Below are positions 33,999-42,294 of a stretch of DNA of 49,271 nt, piece after piece. Source of the stretch: Nanobdellota archaeon (GTDB lineage: Archaea; Nanobdellota; Nanobdellia; SCGC-AAA011-G17; JACPIM01); assembly GCA_038046265.1 (NCBI GenBank), contig JBBSWN010000013.1:1-49271 (forward strand), written 5' to 3'. A program made the position numbers and the translations under genes. Every line of letters starts with the position of its first letter. Position 1 is the stretch's first letter. Under the pieces are notes generated by a model that was given only the letters and a program-made list of their open reading frames with translations, made no database searches and was not told the DNA's origin.

Positions 33999-36014
33999 TT
34001 GGTGAATGATGTTGTTGAACAAATAGAGAAATTTCGCGATTTTCTAGAGCAAAATTATCAAACACAGTTAAATGAAATCATATTAAAAGGAAGGAATTTT
34101 TTGTTGATTGATTTTACAAACTTATTAAAATATGATCATGAACTGGCAGACCAATTATTAGACCAGCCAGAAGAAACAATAAAAGCATTTGAATTAACTT
34201 TGGAACATTTTGACATTTCAACATTATTGAGAATAAGATTTTTTAATCTGCCCCAAAGCCAAAAAGTAAAAATAAAAGACATAAGAAGCAATGATTTAGG
34301 AAAATTTCTGTTGACAGAAGGAATTGTCCGTCAGTCTTCAGACGTTCGTCCTCAAGTTGTGTCTGCAAAATTTGAATGTCCTTCCTGCGGCAATTCAATT
34401 TCAATTCTGCAAGTTGATGTAAGATTTAAAGAACCTTATAGATGCACATGCGGTAAAAAAGGACGCTTTAGATTATTGTCAAAAGAATTAGTTGATGCTC
34501 AGAGGATTGTTGTTGAAGAAAGTCCAGACACATTAGAAGGTGGGGAGCAGCCAAAAAGATTGAATGTTTTTTTAAAAGAAGACTTAGTTGAACCAATTAT
34601 GGAAAAGAAAACTACTCCTGGATCAAAAGTAAGAATCAACGGCATTGTAAAAGAAGTTCCAGTCCTACTAAAAACAGGAACACCAAGCACAAAATATGAC
34701 ATTATGATGGAAGCTAATTTTATTGAGCCACTAGAAGAAACATTTGAAGAACTAGAAGTAAACAAAGAAGATGAAGAAAAAATTCTTGAATTAAGCAAAA
34801 ATCCTAAGATTTACGAAAAATTAGTCAACAGCATTGCTCCCTCAATATACGGACATTCTGAAATAAAAGAAGCTTTAATACTTCAATTATTTGGTGGGGT
34901 AAGGAAAGAAAGAAAAGACGGCACTTGGAACAGGGGAGACATTCATATTCTTCTGGTAGGTGATCCTGGATCGGCCAAATCAAGCTTGCTGTTTTTCATG
35001 TCAAAAATAGCACCAAAAGCAAGATATGTTTCTGGTAAATCTGCTTCAGCAGCTGGTTTAACAGGAGCAATTGTAAAAGATGAATTTTTAAAAGGATGGG
35101 CATTAGAAGCAGGAGCTCTCCCATTAGCCAATGGGGGAGGTGTGTTCTTGGATGAGCTTGACAAAATGGATTCAGAAGACACATCAGCTTTGCATGAAGG
35201 TCTTGAACAACAGCAAATTACATTTAGCAAAGCAAATATCCAGGCAACTTTATTGACAAGAGTAAGTGCATTAGCAGCAGCAAACCCAAAACTAGGAAGA
35301 TTTGACCCATATCAACCAATTGCAGCACAAATTAATCTGCCTCCTGCCTTGATCAACAGGTTTGACTTAATTTTCCCAATGAGAGATATTCCAGATGAAC
35401 AAATAGACGCGAAAATCGCAACTCATATTTTAGAAGTTCATGAAAACAAAGGAACAATAGAGCCTGATATTGAAAGCAAATTCTTAAAAAAATATGTTTC
35501 ATATGCAAAAAAGAAAATTCTTCCAAGATTAACAGAAGGAGCAAAAGAAGAAATAAAAAATTTCTATGTAAGTTTAAGAAACAGCGGCGATTCAAAAGAC
35601 GGAGTAAAACCAATTCCTATTTCAGCAAGACAATTAGAAGCTTTAATAAGATTAAGTGAAGCATCTGCAAAAATACGCTTAAGCAGCAAGATAACAAAAG
35701 AAGATTCAAGAAGAGCAATCAGAATTTTAAGAAGATGTCTGGAAAAAGTCGGAATTGATCCAGAAACTGGAAAATATGACATTGATGTTTTGTCAACAGG
35801 AATTTCTACATCTCAAAGAGGAAAAATAATTATAGTTCGTGAAGTCATAAATGAATTTGACAGAAACGGTGTTAAAACAATACCAATTGAAGATGTAATT
35901 AATATTTGCAAAGAAAAAGGCCTTGAAGAAAGCAGGATAGAAACAATTCTTGACCAGCTGAAAAAAGAAGGTGAAATATTCCAGCCAAAAGTCGGATTTA
36001 TCAGCAAAATTTGA
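33999..36014 (+). CDS. mcm: MCM replicative helicase
   Basis: Zinc motif CPSCGN...CTCG, Walker A ILLVGDPGSAKS, Walker B FLDELDKM, arginine finger SARQLEALIRL, and a C-terminal winged helix. TTG start after a GGGGG SD. Confidence 0.95.
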   Translation: MVNDVVEQIEKFRDFLEQNYQTQLNEIILKGRNFLLIDFTNLLKYDHELADQLLDQPEETIKAFELTLEHFDISTLLRIRFFNLPQSQKVKIKDIRSNDLGKFLLTEGIVRQSSDVRPQVVSAKFECPSCGNSISILQVDVRFKEPYRCTCGKKGRFRLLSKELVDAQRIVVEESPDTLEGGEQPKRLNVFLKEDLVEPIMEKKTTPGSKVRINGIVKEVPVLLKTGTPSTKYDIMMEANFIEPLEETFEELEVNKEDEEKILELSKNPKIYEKLVNSIAPSIYGHSEIKEALILQLFGGVRKERKDGTWNRGDIHILLVGDPGSAKSSLLFFMSKIAPKARYVSGKSASAAGLTGAIVKDEFLKGWALEAGALPLANGGGVFLDELDKMDSEDTSALHEGLEQQQITFSKANIQATLLTRVSALAAANPKLGRFDPYQPIAAQINLPPALINRFDLIFPMRDIPDEQIDAKIATHILEVHENKGTIEPDIESKFLKKYVSYAKKKILPRLTEGAKEEIKNFYVSLRNSGDSKDGVKPIPISARQLEALIRLSEASAKIRLSSKITKEDSRRAIRILRRCLEKVGIDPETGKYDIDVLSTGISTSQRGKIIIVREVINEFDRNGVKTIPIEDVINICKEKGLEESRIETILDQLKKEGEIFQPKVGFISKI

Positions 36015-36050
36015 TTAAGGCATTCAAAAGCCTTAAAAACCTTGTTTTAT
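36015..36050 (+). terminator. stem-loop plus T-runs after mcm
   Basis: TTAAGGC-attcaaaa-GCCTTAA (36015..36036) is followed by ccttgttttatttcc. Confidence 0.4.
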
Positions 36051-36060
36051 TTCCAAAATC

Positions 36061-36471
36061 ATGAGCTATGAAGAATTACTTAAAAAAGCAAGAAAAGAAC
36101 TTCCTACGACCATTGTAAGTAGCAAGGAAAGGTTTGAAATTCCTAAAGTAACTGGCCATGTAGAAGGAAACAAGACAATTATAACTAATTTTCTCCAGAT
36201 TTGTGACATTTTTGGCAGAGAAAGTTCTCAATTACTAAAATATCTTCAAAAAGAATTAGCTACTCCTGCTGTTTTAGACAATCAAAGACTGATTTTTGGA
36301 AGAAAATTAAGCTCTAATTTCATAAACCAAAAAATAGAGCATTTTGCAAAAATCTTTGTTCTTTGCAAGGAATGCGGGAAACCAGATACTAAATTAATTA
36401 AAGAAGACAGGTTCTTGTTCTTAAAATGCACAGCTTGCGGGGCAAGGCATTCTGTAACAGCCAAGATTTAA
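36061..36471 (+). CDS. translation initiation factor aIF2 beta subunit
   Basis: eIF2-beta/eIF5 core with C-terminal zinc ribbon CKECGKPDT...CTACG. Confidence 0.9.
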   Translation: MSYEELLKKARKELPTTIVSSKERFEIPKVTGHVEGNKTIITNFLQICDIFGRESSQLLKYLQKELATPAVLDNQRLIFGRKLSSNFINQKIEHFAKIFVLCKECGKPDTKLIKEDRFLFLKCTACGARHSVTAKI

Positions 36472-36472
36472 T

Positions 36473-36766
36473 ATGTTTTTTGTCAAAATCCATAAAAAAT
36501 TAGGAAGAGAAGTTCTAGCAATATGTGATGAAGAGATTTTAGGAAAAACTTTAGAAGAAGGAGATTTTTATTTTGAAATTAAAGAAGATTTTTACAAAGG
36601 AGAAAAATTAAGTGAAGAGCAAGTAAGAGTACTCTTGAAAAATTCCCCCAACTATAATTTAGTTGGAAAAGAAATTATAAAAATAGCTTTAGATTTAGAA
36701 GTTGTAGAAAAAGAAAACATAATAAAAATAAAAGGTGTTCCACATGCCCAAGGATTTATCGTATAA
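36473..36766 (+). CDS. DUF424-family protein
   Basis: KIHKKLGREVLAICDEEILGKTLEEGD is typical of the archaeal DUF424 family, which is commonly found next to aIF2-beta. Confidence 0.65.
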   Translation: MFFVKIHKKLGREVLAICDEEILGKTLEEGDFYFEIKEDFYKGEKLSEEQVRVLLKNSPNYNLVGKEIIKIALDLEVVEKENIIKIKGVPHAQGFIV

Positions 36767-37097
36767 AGAAAACAGGCACAGCAATTATTTTGAAGCCATT
36801 CTTCAATTAAGGCCTTGTAATGAAAAATTAATGGACTTTGTTTTAAAAAGAATAAAAGAAAGAGAAAATGTTAATATTGTAAAGGAAGTTCTGTTAAAAA
36901 CAGGAATTGATTTATACTTGACAGACCAGAGATTTACCAGGGCTCTAGGAAAGCAGTTAAAACGCCAGTTTAAAGGTGAATTAATCTTAAGCAGAAAACT
37001 GCATACCAGAAACAGGATGACTAGTAAAAATATTTATAGGGTAACAGTTTGTTTTAAATTAAATGAAGAACGAAAAGATCCAGAATATAATTTCTAA
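36735..37097 (+). CDS. NMD3-related domain protein (short, no Cys clusters)
   Basis: NYFEAILQLR...GIDLYL...YRVTVCFKL matches the post-zinc-finger part of the NMD3 N-terminal domain. It overlaps both neighbours by 23-35 nt. Confidence 0.55.
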   Translation: MFHMPKDLSYKENRHSNYFEAILQLRPCNEKLMDFVLKRIKERENVNIVKEVLLKTGIDLYLTDQRFTRALGKQLKRQFKGELILSRKLHTRNRMTSKNIYRVTVCFKLNEERKDPEYNF

Positions 37098-37908
37098 GGT
37101 TAAGGGAAAGAAGAATTTAGGTGTTGATGATAAATACGTATTTGAAATTCTTGATAAATACTTAAAAAATCCTAAAATAAAAGAAATATTTGAAAAGCCA
37201 GAAAAAGAAATTCTAAAAAATAAGGTTTTTAAAAAATTAACAAAAGAAATAAGAAAAGAATTGTATAAAGTTCACGGATTGTATCAGGTAAAAAAACAAT
37301 CGAATAAACAAAATTTGCTAAAACAACTGGAAAAAGCCAGAAATATTGATGATACTAGAAAGACTTCGAGAGAGATTCTTAAACAGCACACATCTTCAAG
37401 AGAAAGATTAAGTATTTACAATAAGCTTTATTTAGAAATTTTAAAGCTTAAACCAGAATCAATATTAGACTTAGCATCTGGTCTAAATCCCTGCTCTATC
37501 ATTCTTTCAAACTTCAAAGGCAGTTATTACGCTTATGAAATAAGTAAAGATGATGTTGATTTTTTAAATAAATATTTTAAGGCAATAAAAAAATATAATA
37601 TAAATGGAAAAGCATTTGTTAAGGACATAACTAAAGACTTTAATTTTGAAAAAACTGATGTCTGCTTCCTGTTTAAGTTTCTTGATTTACTGGGAAAAAA
37701 CAGGAAATTATTCTTCATTAATTTGTTAAAGAACTTAAAATGCAAATACTTAATTGTAAGTTTTTCAAAGAAGACAATTTCCTTAAAACAGATGAAAAAC
37801 ACAGAAAGAAACTGGTTCATTAACTTGTTAAATAGCTTAAATTTAAGTTATAAAAGAATTGATTTTGAAAATGAATTTTTTTACATAATTAAATTAAAAA
37901 TTTTTTAA
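37063..37908 (+). CDS. FmrO/ArmA/RmtB-family 16S rRNA (guanine-N7) methyltransferase homologue
   Basis: HTSSRERLSIYNKLYLEIL...SILDLASGLNPCS, CFLFKFLDLL and IVSFSKKTIS are collinear with my recollection of the RmtB sequence (HASTKERL...LYDFIF...VLDIACGLNPLAL, LIFKLLPLLE, AVSFPTRSLG). Confidence 0.7.
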   Translation: MKNEKIQNIISKVKGKKNLGVDDKYVFEILDKYLKNPKIKEIFEKPEKEILKNKVFKKLTKEIRKELYKVHGLYQVKKQSNKQNLLKQLEKARNIDDTRKTSREILKQHTSSRERLSIYNKLYLEILKLKPESILDLASGLNPCSIILSNFKGSYYAYEISKDDVDFLNKYFKAIKKYNINGKAFVKDITKDFNFEKTDVCFLFKFLDLLGKNRKLFFINLLKNLKCKYLIVSFSKKTISLKQMKNTERNWFINLLNSLNLSYKRIDFENEFFYIIKLKIF

Positions 37909-38163
37909 AAGCTTAGTTATTTTATTTTTTAAGTCACTATAAACTTCTAATCGCTGTTCTTCAAGTTCCTTAAGAATATCCTTCCTAGATCTTGTTTTTT
38001 TAAAACTATCATCTGGCAATTGTTTAACTCTTTTTATTTGTAAATCAATACCATCTAATGTTTTGTCCAGGTCCATTAAAATACCTGAAATTTGTTGAAG
38101 TAAGGGATCAGTTAATCCTCCCTTACCAAAAATAAGATCTAACAATCCCATACAAATACTCAA
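37894..38163 (-). CDS. hypothetical coiled-coil protein
   Basis: An 89-aa ORF with a TATA-like tttatatagg about 25 nt upstream, giving leaderless geometry. Confidence 0.45.
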   Translation of the reverse strand: MSICMGLLDLIFGKGGLTDPLLQQISGILMDLDKTLDGIDLQIKRVKQLPDDSFKKTRSRKDILKELEEQRLEVYSDLKNKITKLLKNF

Positions 38164-38213
38164 ACTAAAACCTATATAAACATTTTTATACCTAAAACAT
38201 ATTTTCTTATATA

Positions 38214-40796
38214 ATGGATTTTGGTAATTTAGGAAAAAAAGAGGTATTTAGATTACTAAAAAGCTCTGAACTTGGTTTAACTGATAAAGAATCACAAAAT
38301 AGATTGCAGCTAAGTGGTTTAAATGAATTAAAGGCAAAAAAAGAAAATAAAACCTTAAAAATTCTTTTAGAACAAATAAAAAACATAGTAGTGTATATCT
38401 TGTTTGCAGCAGTTTTAATTTCTCTCTTTTTTAAGGAATATTTAGATGCTGGAGCTATTTTAGTAATTTTAATCTTGAACATTATCCTTGGCTTTATTCA
38501 GGATTTTAAGGCAGAAAAAGCGATTGAATCTTTAAAGAAAATAACTGTAACTAATGTAAAAGTCTTTAGAAACAACAAAAAGCAAGTAATAGATTCGCAA
38601 TTTCTAGTTCCAGGAGACATAATATTCTTGGAATCTGGAGACAAAATTCCAGCTGATTCTTATTTATTGGAAACAAATGAGTTCAAGGTTGACGAGTCTA
38701 TTTTAACTGGGGAAAGCGTGCCAGTTAAAAAAATAGCAGAAGAAAAAAAAGACAAAAGAAATTTAATTTTTTCAGGAACAAATGCTGTTTACGGCAACTG
38801 CAAAGCTCTTGTTTTAAAAACAGGAATGTCAACTGAAATAGGAAAAATAGCAGACTTAATCCAGACAGAAGAGCAAAAACAAACACCATTGCAGGAAAAA
38901 CTAGGGAAACTTGGCTTAAATTTAGGCATCATAACAATATTAATTTCAATAATAATTTTCATTTCGGGATTATTAAGGCAGCAGGAATTATCTGAAATTT
39001 TGTTAGTATCTGTAAGTTTGGCAGTTGCAGCAATTCCAGAAGGGCTGCCAGCTGTAGTTACTATTTCCTTGGCATTAGGTGTGCAAAGAATGGTAAAAAA
39101 TAATGTCCTGGTAAGAAAACTAAGCTCAGCAGAAACTTTGGGCGCAGTAACAATAATTGCAAGCGATAAAACAGGTACAATAACCTGCAATGAAATGACT
39201 GTGAGAAAAATTTATGATAATAAAAATATAATTGATGTAACAGGAGAAGGATATAATTTTCTTGGAAATTTTTTATTAAACAAATCAAAGTTTAACCCAA
39301 ATAAAATATCCAAATTAATCCAATGCTCAGTTCTCTGTAATGACGCACAATTGACAGACAAGAAACCATTTGGCGACCCTACAGAAATAGCCTTATTAAT
39401 TTTAGGAAAAAAATCAAAATTTGATTTCAACAATAAACGAGTAAAGGAAATTCCTTTTAGTTCTGAAAACAAATATATGGGTACAGTTAATCTTGAAAAA
39501 AATAAAAAAACACTCTTTCTAAAAGGAGCTCCCGAAGTAATCTTAAGAAAGTGCAATAGAATTTTAGTAAACAATAAAGTAATTAAATTAACAAATGAAA
39601 AGAAAAAAGAAATACTAAAGACAAATGAAAACTTTGCCAGTAATGCATTAAGAGTTCTTGGTTTTTCTTATAATGATAAATTAAATGGGAAAAATTCTGT
39701 TTTCCTTGGTTTAATTGGAATGATAGATCCTCCGAGAGAGGAAGTTCATGACTCTATAGCTCTTTGCAAAAAAGCTGGAATAAGAGTTGTTATGATTACA
39801 GGAGACCACAAGTTAACTGCCCAGGCAATAGCAAGGCAGATTGGTTTAAAAGACAGAGCTTTGACAGGAGAAGAACTGGATAAATTATCTCCCAAAGAAC
39901 TGAAAAAACTTTCAAAAGAAATTGATATTTATGCCAGGGTAAATCCAATCCATAAGGTAAAAATTCTGGAAGCTCTTGAAAACAATGATATTATAGCAAT
40001 GACAGGAGACGGTATAAACGATGCTCCTGCATTAAAAAAAGCAGATATAGGTGTAAGTGTTGGTGACAGCTCAGATGTTGCAAAAGAAGCCAGTAATTTG
40101 ATTTTATTAGACAACAGTTTTAGCTCTATTGTAAAAGCAGTTAAAGAAGGAAGGGGAATTTACAATAATATAAAGAAATTTGTCAATTACTTGTTATCCA
40201 GCAATTTGGGGGAAGTATTTACATTGTTCTTTGCAATGATGATAGGTTTTAAAGATTCTTTAGGAAATTTCATAATTCCTTTGCTGCCACTGCAGATTTT
40301 ATGGATTAATTTAGTAACAGACGGGCTACCTGCCTTGGCTTTGGGAATTGACCCCATTAACAATGATGTAATGAATAAAAAACCTAGAAACCCAGATGAA
40401 AGCATAATTTCAAAAAATATGATATTTAATGTCTTGTTTACTGGTTTTGTTTTTGCCTTGACTACTTTGATTTTATTTAAATTAAATTTAAATAATCCAA
40501 TAAAAGCACAGACAATTGCTTTTTCAACTTTAGTTATTCTAGAATTATTTAGGGTAAATATAATAAGAAAACAGTATAATACTAAATTATTTGCAAACAA
40601 GTACTTGGTTTTAGCTGTAGTCTCGTCTTTTATATTGCAGTTAATAACTATCTATACTCCTTTAAACAAAGTATTTAACACAACATTCTTGTCATCAGGA
40701 GACTGGTTTTTAATTATTTTATTAAGCTTGTTTGCAACAATAATTTGCAGAATATTTTATTTAATTTCTGTAAAAATAACTAAACAATTAGATTAA
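38214..40796 (+). CDS. P-type cation-transporting ATPase (type II, Ca2+-ATPase-like)
   Basis: TGES, PEGLPAV in TM4, phosphorylation site DKTGTITCN, MITGDH, and TGDGINDAPALKKADIGVS. Confidence 0.9.
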   Translation: MDFGNLGKKEVFRLLKSSELGLTDKESQNRLQLSGLNELKAKKENKTLKILLEQIKNIVVYILFAAVLISLFFKEYLDAGAILVILILNIILGFIQDFKAEKAIESLKKITVTNVKVFRNNKKQVIDSQFLVPGDIIFLESGDKIPADSYLLETNEFKVDESILTGESVPVKKIAEEKKDKRNLIFSGTNAVYGNCKALVLKTGMSTEIGKIADLIQTEEQKQTPLQEKLGKLGLNLGIITILISIIIFISGLLRQQELSEILLVSVSLAVAAIPEGLPAVVTISLALGVQRMVKNNVLVRKLSSAETLGAVTIIASDKTGTITCNEMTVRKIYDNKNIIDVTGEGYNFLGNFLLNKSKFNPNKISKLIQCSVLCNDAQLTDKKPFGDPTEIALLILGKKSKFDFNNKRVKEIPFSSENKYMGTVNLEKNKKTLFLKGAPEVILRKCNRILVNNKVIKLTNEKKKEILKTNENFASNALRVLGFSYNDKLNGKNSVFLGLIGMIDPPREEVHDSIALCKKAGIRVVMITGDHKLTAQAIARQIGLKDRALTGEELDKLSPKELKKLSKEIDIYARVNPIHKVKILEALENNDIIAMTGDGINDAPALKKADIGVSVGDSSDVAKEASNLILLDNSFSSIVKAVKEGRGIYNNIKKFVNYLLSSNLGEVFTLFFAMMIGFKDSLGNFIIPLLPLQILWINLVTDGLPALALGIDPINNDVMNKKPRNPDESIISKNMIFNVLFTGFVFALTTLILFKLNLNNPIKAQTIAFSTLVILELFRVNIIRKQYNTKLFANKYLVLAVVSSFILQLITIYTPLNKVFNTTFLSSGDWFLIILLSLFATIICRIFYLISVKITKQLD

Positions 40797-40833
40797 TAAG
40801 ATTTATAAACAATCTATATTCTTCCCTATATAA

Positions 40834-41178
40834 ATGAACAAAAAAGCCGAAGAACTAGCAAAGCAGCAGCAAATTGAAAGTGATATTTCAAGAGTTAAAT
40901 TACCGAGAGGTAAGCAATCTATAGGTATTTTAGATCAAAGACTTGGGGCTAGCAGGATGAGAGTAAAATGCTTTGACGGAAAAACAAGAATATGCAGAAT
41001 TCCAGGAAGATTAAAAAGAAAATTATGGTTAAGAGAGAGAGATTATGTTTTAGTTGAACCATGGGAATTGGGTGGGGATGACAAGGGAGACGTAATTTTC
41101 AAGTACAGGCCGGCACAAATAGCATGGTTAAAGCAAAAAGGACATATAAAAGCAATAGAAACAGTTTCAGAATTCTAG
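40834..41178 (+). CDS. translation initiation factor aIF1A
   Basis: S1-like OB core RMRVKCFDGKTRICRIPGRLKRKLWLRERDYVLVEPW. Confidence 0.9.
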   Translation: MNKKAEELAKQQQIESDISRVKLPRGKQSIGILDQRLGASRMRVKCFDGKTRICRIPGRLKRKLWLRERDYVLVEPWELGGDDKGDVIFKYRPAQIAWLKQKGHIKAIETVSEF

Positions 41179-41182
41179 AATA

Positions 41183-41698
41183 ATGGAATTAGTAAGGATA
41201 CCAAAGGAAAGAGTAGCAGTTTTAATAGGGAAAAAAGGGGCAACAAAAAGACTAATAGAAAGAAACACAAAAACAAAATTAACAGTAGACAAAGAAGGCA
41301 CAGTAGTAATTAATGGGGAAAGCATAGAGGAATTTGAAGCGTCCTCCATAGTAAAAGCAATTGGACGTGGTTTTAATCCTGAAATAGCATTAACTTTGCT
41401 AAATGAGGAAAACTGCATGGAAATAATAAGCATAAAAGACTTTGCAGGAAAATCGGAAAAAAAGTTTTATAGAACTAAATCAAGGTTAATTGGCACAAAA
41501 GGAAAAGCAAGAGAAGTAATTGAGAAACTGACAGAAACCCGCCTTTCAATTTATGGAAAAACAGTAGCTATTATAGGAAAAATAGAAAATGTAAGCATAG
41601 CAAAAAGAGGAACTGAAATTTTATTAAGAGGGGCTCCTCATGGAAATGCCTACAAATACATTGAAAGAGAGATGAACAATTTAAAAGAACAGCTTTAG
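41183..41698 (+). CDS. KH-domain RNA-binding protein (Dim2/Pno1-like)
   Basis: VRIPKERVAVLIGKKGATKRLIE and a second KH-like repeat LIGTKGKAREVIE. The position next to aIF1A is the conserved neighbourhood. Confidence 0.8.
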   Translation: MELVRIPKERVAVLIGKKGATKRLIERNTKTKLTVDKEGTVVINGESIEEFEASSIVKAIGRGFNPEIALTLLNEENCMEIISIKDFAGKSEKKFYRTKSRLIGTKGKAREVIEKLTETRLSIYGKTVAIIGKIENVSIAKRGTEILLRGAPHGNAYKYIEREMNNLKEQL

Positions 41699-41841
41699 TT
41701 GTTGAAAATAAAGAAAGTTAGTACAAACAAAACAAGCCATACAACAAAAGAAATTAAAGCCCAATTTTTATTTCTTAAAAAACTGGCATAAGCTAATGAA
41801 ATTGTTGCAATTATAATTGGAATAAATTGTACTGGGTTCAT
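41695..41841 (-). CDS. possible 48-aa two-TM micro-protein
   Basis: Hand translation gives MNPVQFIPIIIATISLAYASFLRNKNWALISFVVWLVLFVLTFFIFNN. Its ATG overlaps the stop of the upstream ORF (ATGA). The ORF is below the length cut-off of the ORF track. Confidence 0.3.
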   Translation of the reverse strand: MNPVQFIPIIIATISLAYASFLRNKNWALISFVVWLVLFVLTFFIFNN

Positions 41842-42011
41842 TCTACATTCGCTCCTATTACTAATAAAAAATTTCCAAAGGCAAAGAAACCTTGGGCAAT
41901 TGGATTAGAAGGATTTGTTATTAAGAAGGGTAAGGAAAAAGCAGTAATTAAACCAGCAATTGTTCTTATTACAAATCCAGTTGTAAAATGTAAACTTCCG
42001 CCTTTATCCAT
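41838..42011 (-). CDS. possible 57-aa membrane micro-protein
   Basis: The ATG at 42011 is preceded by a GGGAAGGGA SD and a TATA-like gaactttaaaataga. The product MDKGGSLHFTTGFVIRTIAGLITAFSLPFLI... is hydrophobic. Confidence 0.4.
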   Translation of the reverse strand: MDKGGSLHFTTGFVIRTIAGLITAFSLPFLITNPSNPIAQGFFAFGNFLLVIGANVE

Positions 42012-42196
42012 ATTGCTATAATCCCTTCCCAATATTTATTACTTTCTATTTTAAAGTTCTTGAAAATTATATTCTTCAAATTTGTGTACTTTTAAATTTA
42101 TTACAGTATGTCAGTCATTAATTAAGAAATAACTTAAAATTCTGCCCACAGATAATTATTGTCTAATTCGTTTTCTTTTCCAAGGTTTTCTTTATT

Positions 42197-42223
42197 TTTT
42201 CCGTAAACGCTTTTCTTAAAAGT
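42197..42223 (+). promoter_or_regulatory. 27-nt conserved element, copy A (upstream of top6B)
   Basis: ttttccgtaaacgcttttcttaaaagt is 25/27 identical to 45556..45582. It contains the CTTTTC/AAAAG dyad. Confidence 0.6.
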
Positions 42224-42230
42224 GTTTCTA

Positions 42231-42250
42231 AAGAAAAGCTTTATAAATAA
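42231..42250 (+). promoter_or_regulatory. BRE/TATA promoter for top6B
   Basis: aagaaaagctttataaataa lies about 45-55 nt before the GTG start at 42295. A GGTG SD follows at about 42282. Confidence 0.5.
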
Positions 42251-42294
42251 CTTCCTTCCAACATAATTATTCTAAAAAAGTGGTGTAATTAGAA

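Noticed and set aside
33999-36014. MCM was checked for an intein, since MCM is a common intein host and top6B carries one here.
   Set aside because: The 671-aa length is normal. Walker A, Walker B and the arginine finger are contiguous, with no Hint-like blocks.
37894-38163. The N-terminus MGLLDLIFGKG resembles the start of ESCRT-III/Snf7-family proteins.
   Set aside because: The protein is only 89 aa, less than half an ESCRT-III core, and the similarity is limited to about 10 residues. No CdvA or Vps4 is nearby, and FtsZ is present as the division system.
38207-38482. A minus-strand 91-aa ORF overlapping the start of the P-type ATPase gene.
   Set aside because: It is antisense to a confidently identified 860-aa gene. 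Its composition is typical of the shadow frame of AT-rich coding sequence.
41827-42021. A plus-strand 64-aa ORF in the KH/top6B spacer.
   Set aside because: It has no upstream TATA or SD, and its product is Lys-rich and of low complexity. The minus-strand reading frame has promoter, SD and ATG signals and a coherent hydrophobic product.
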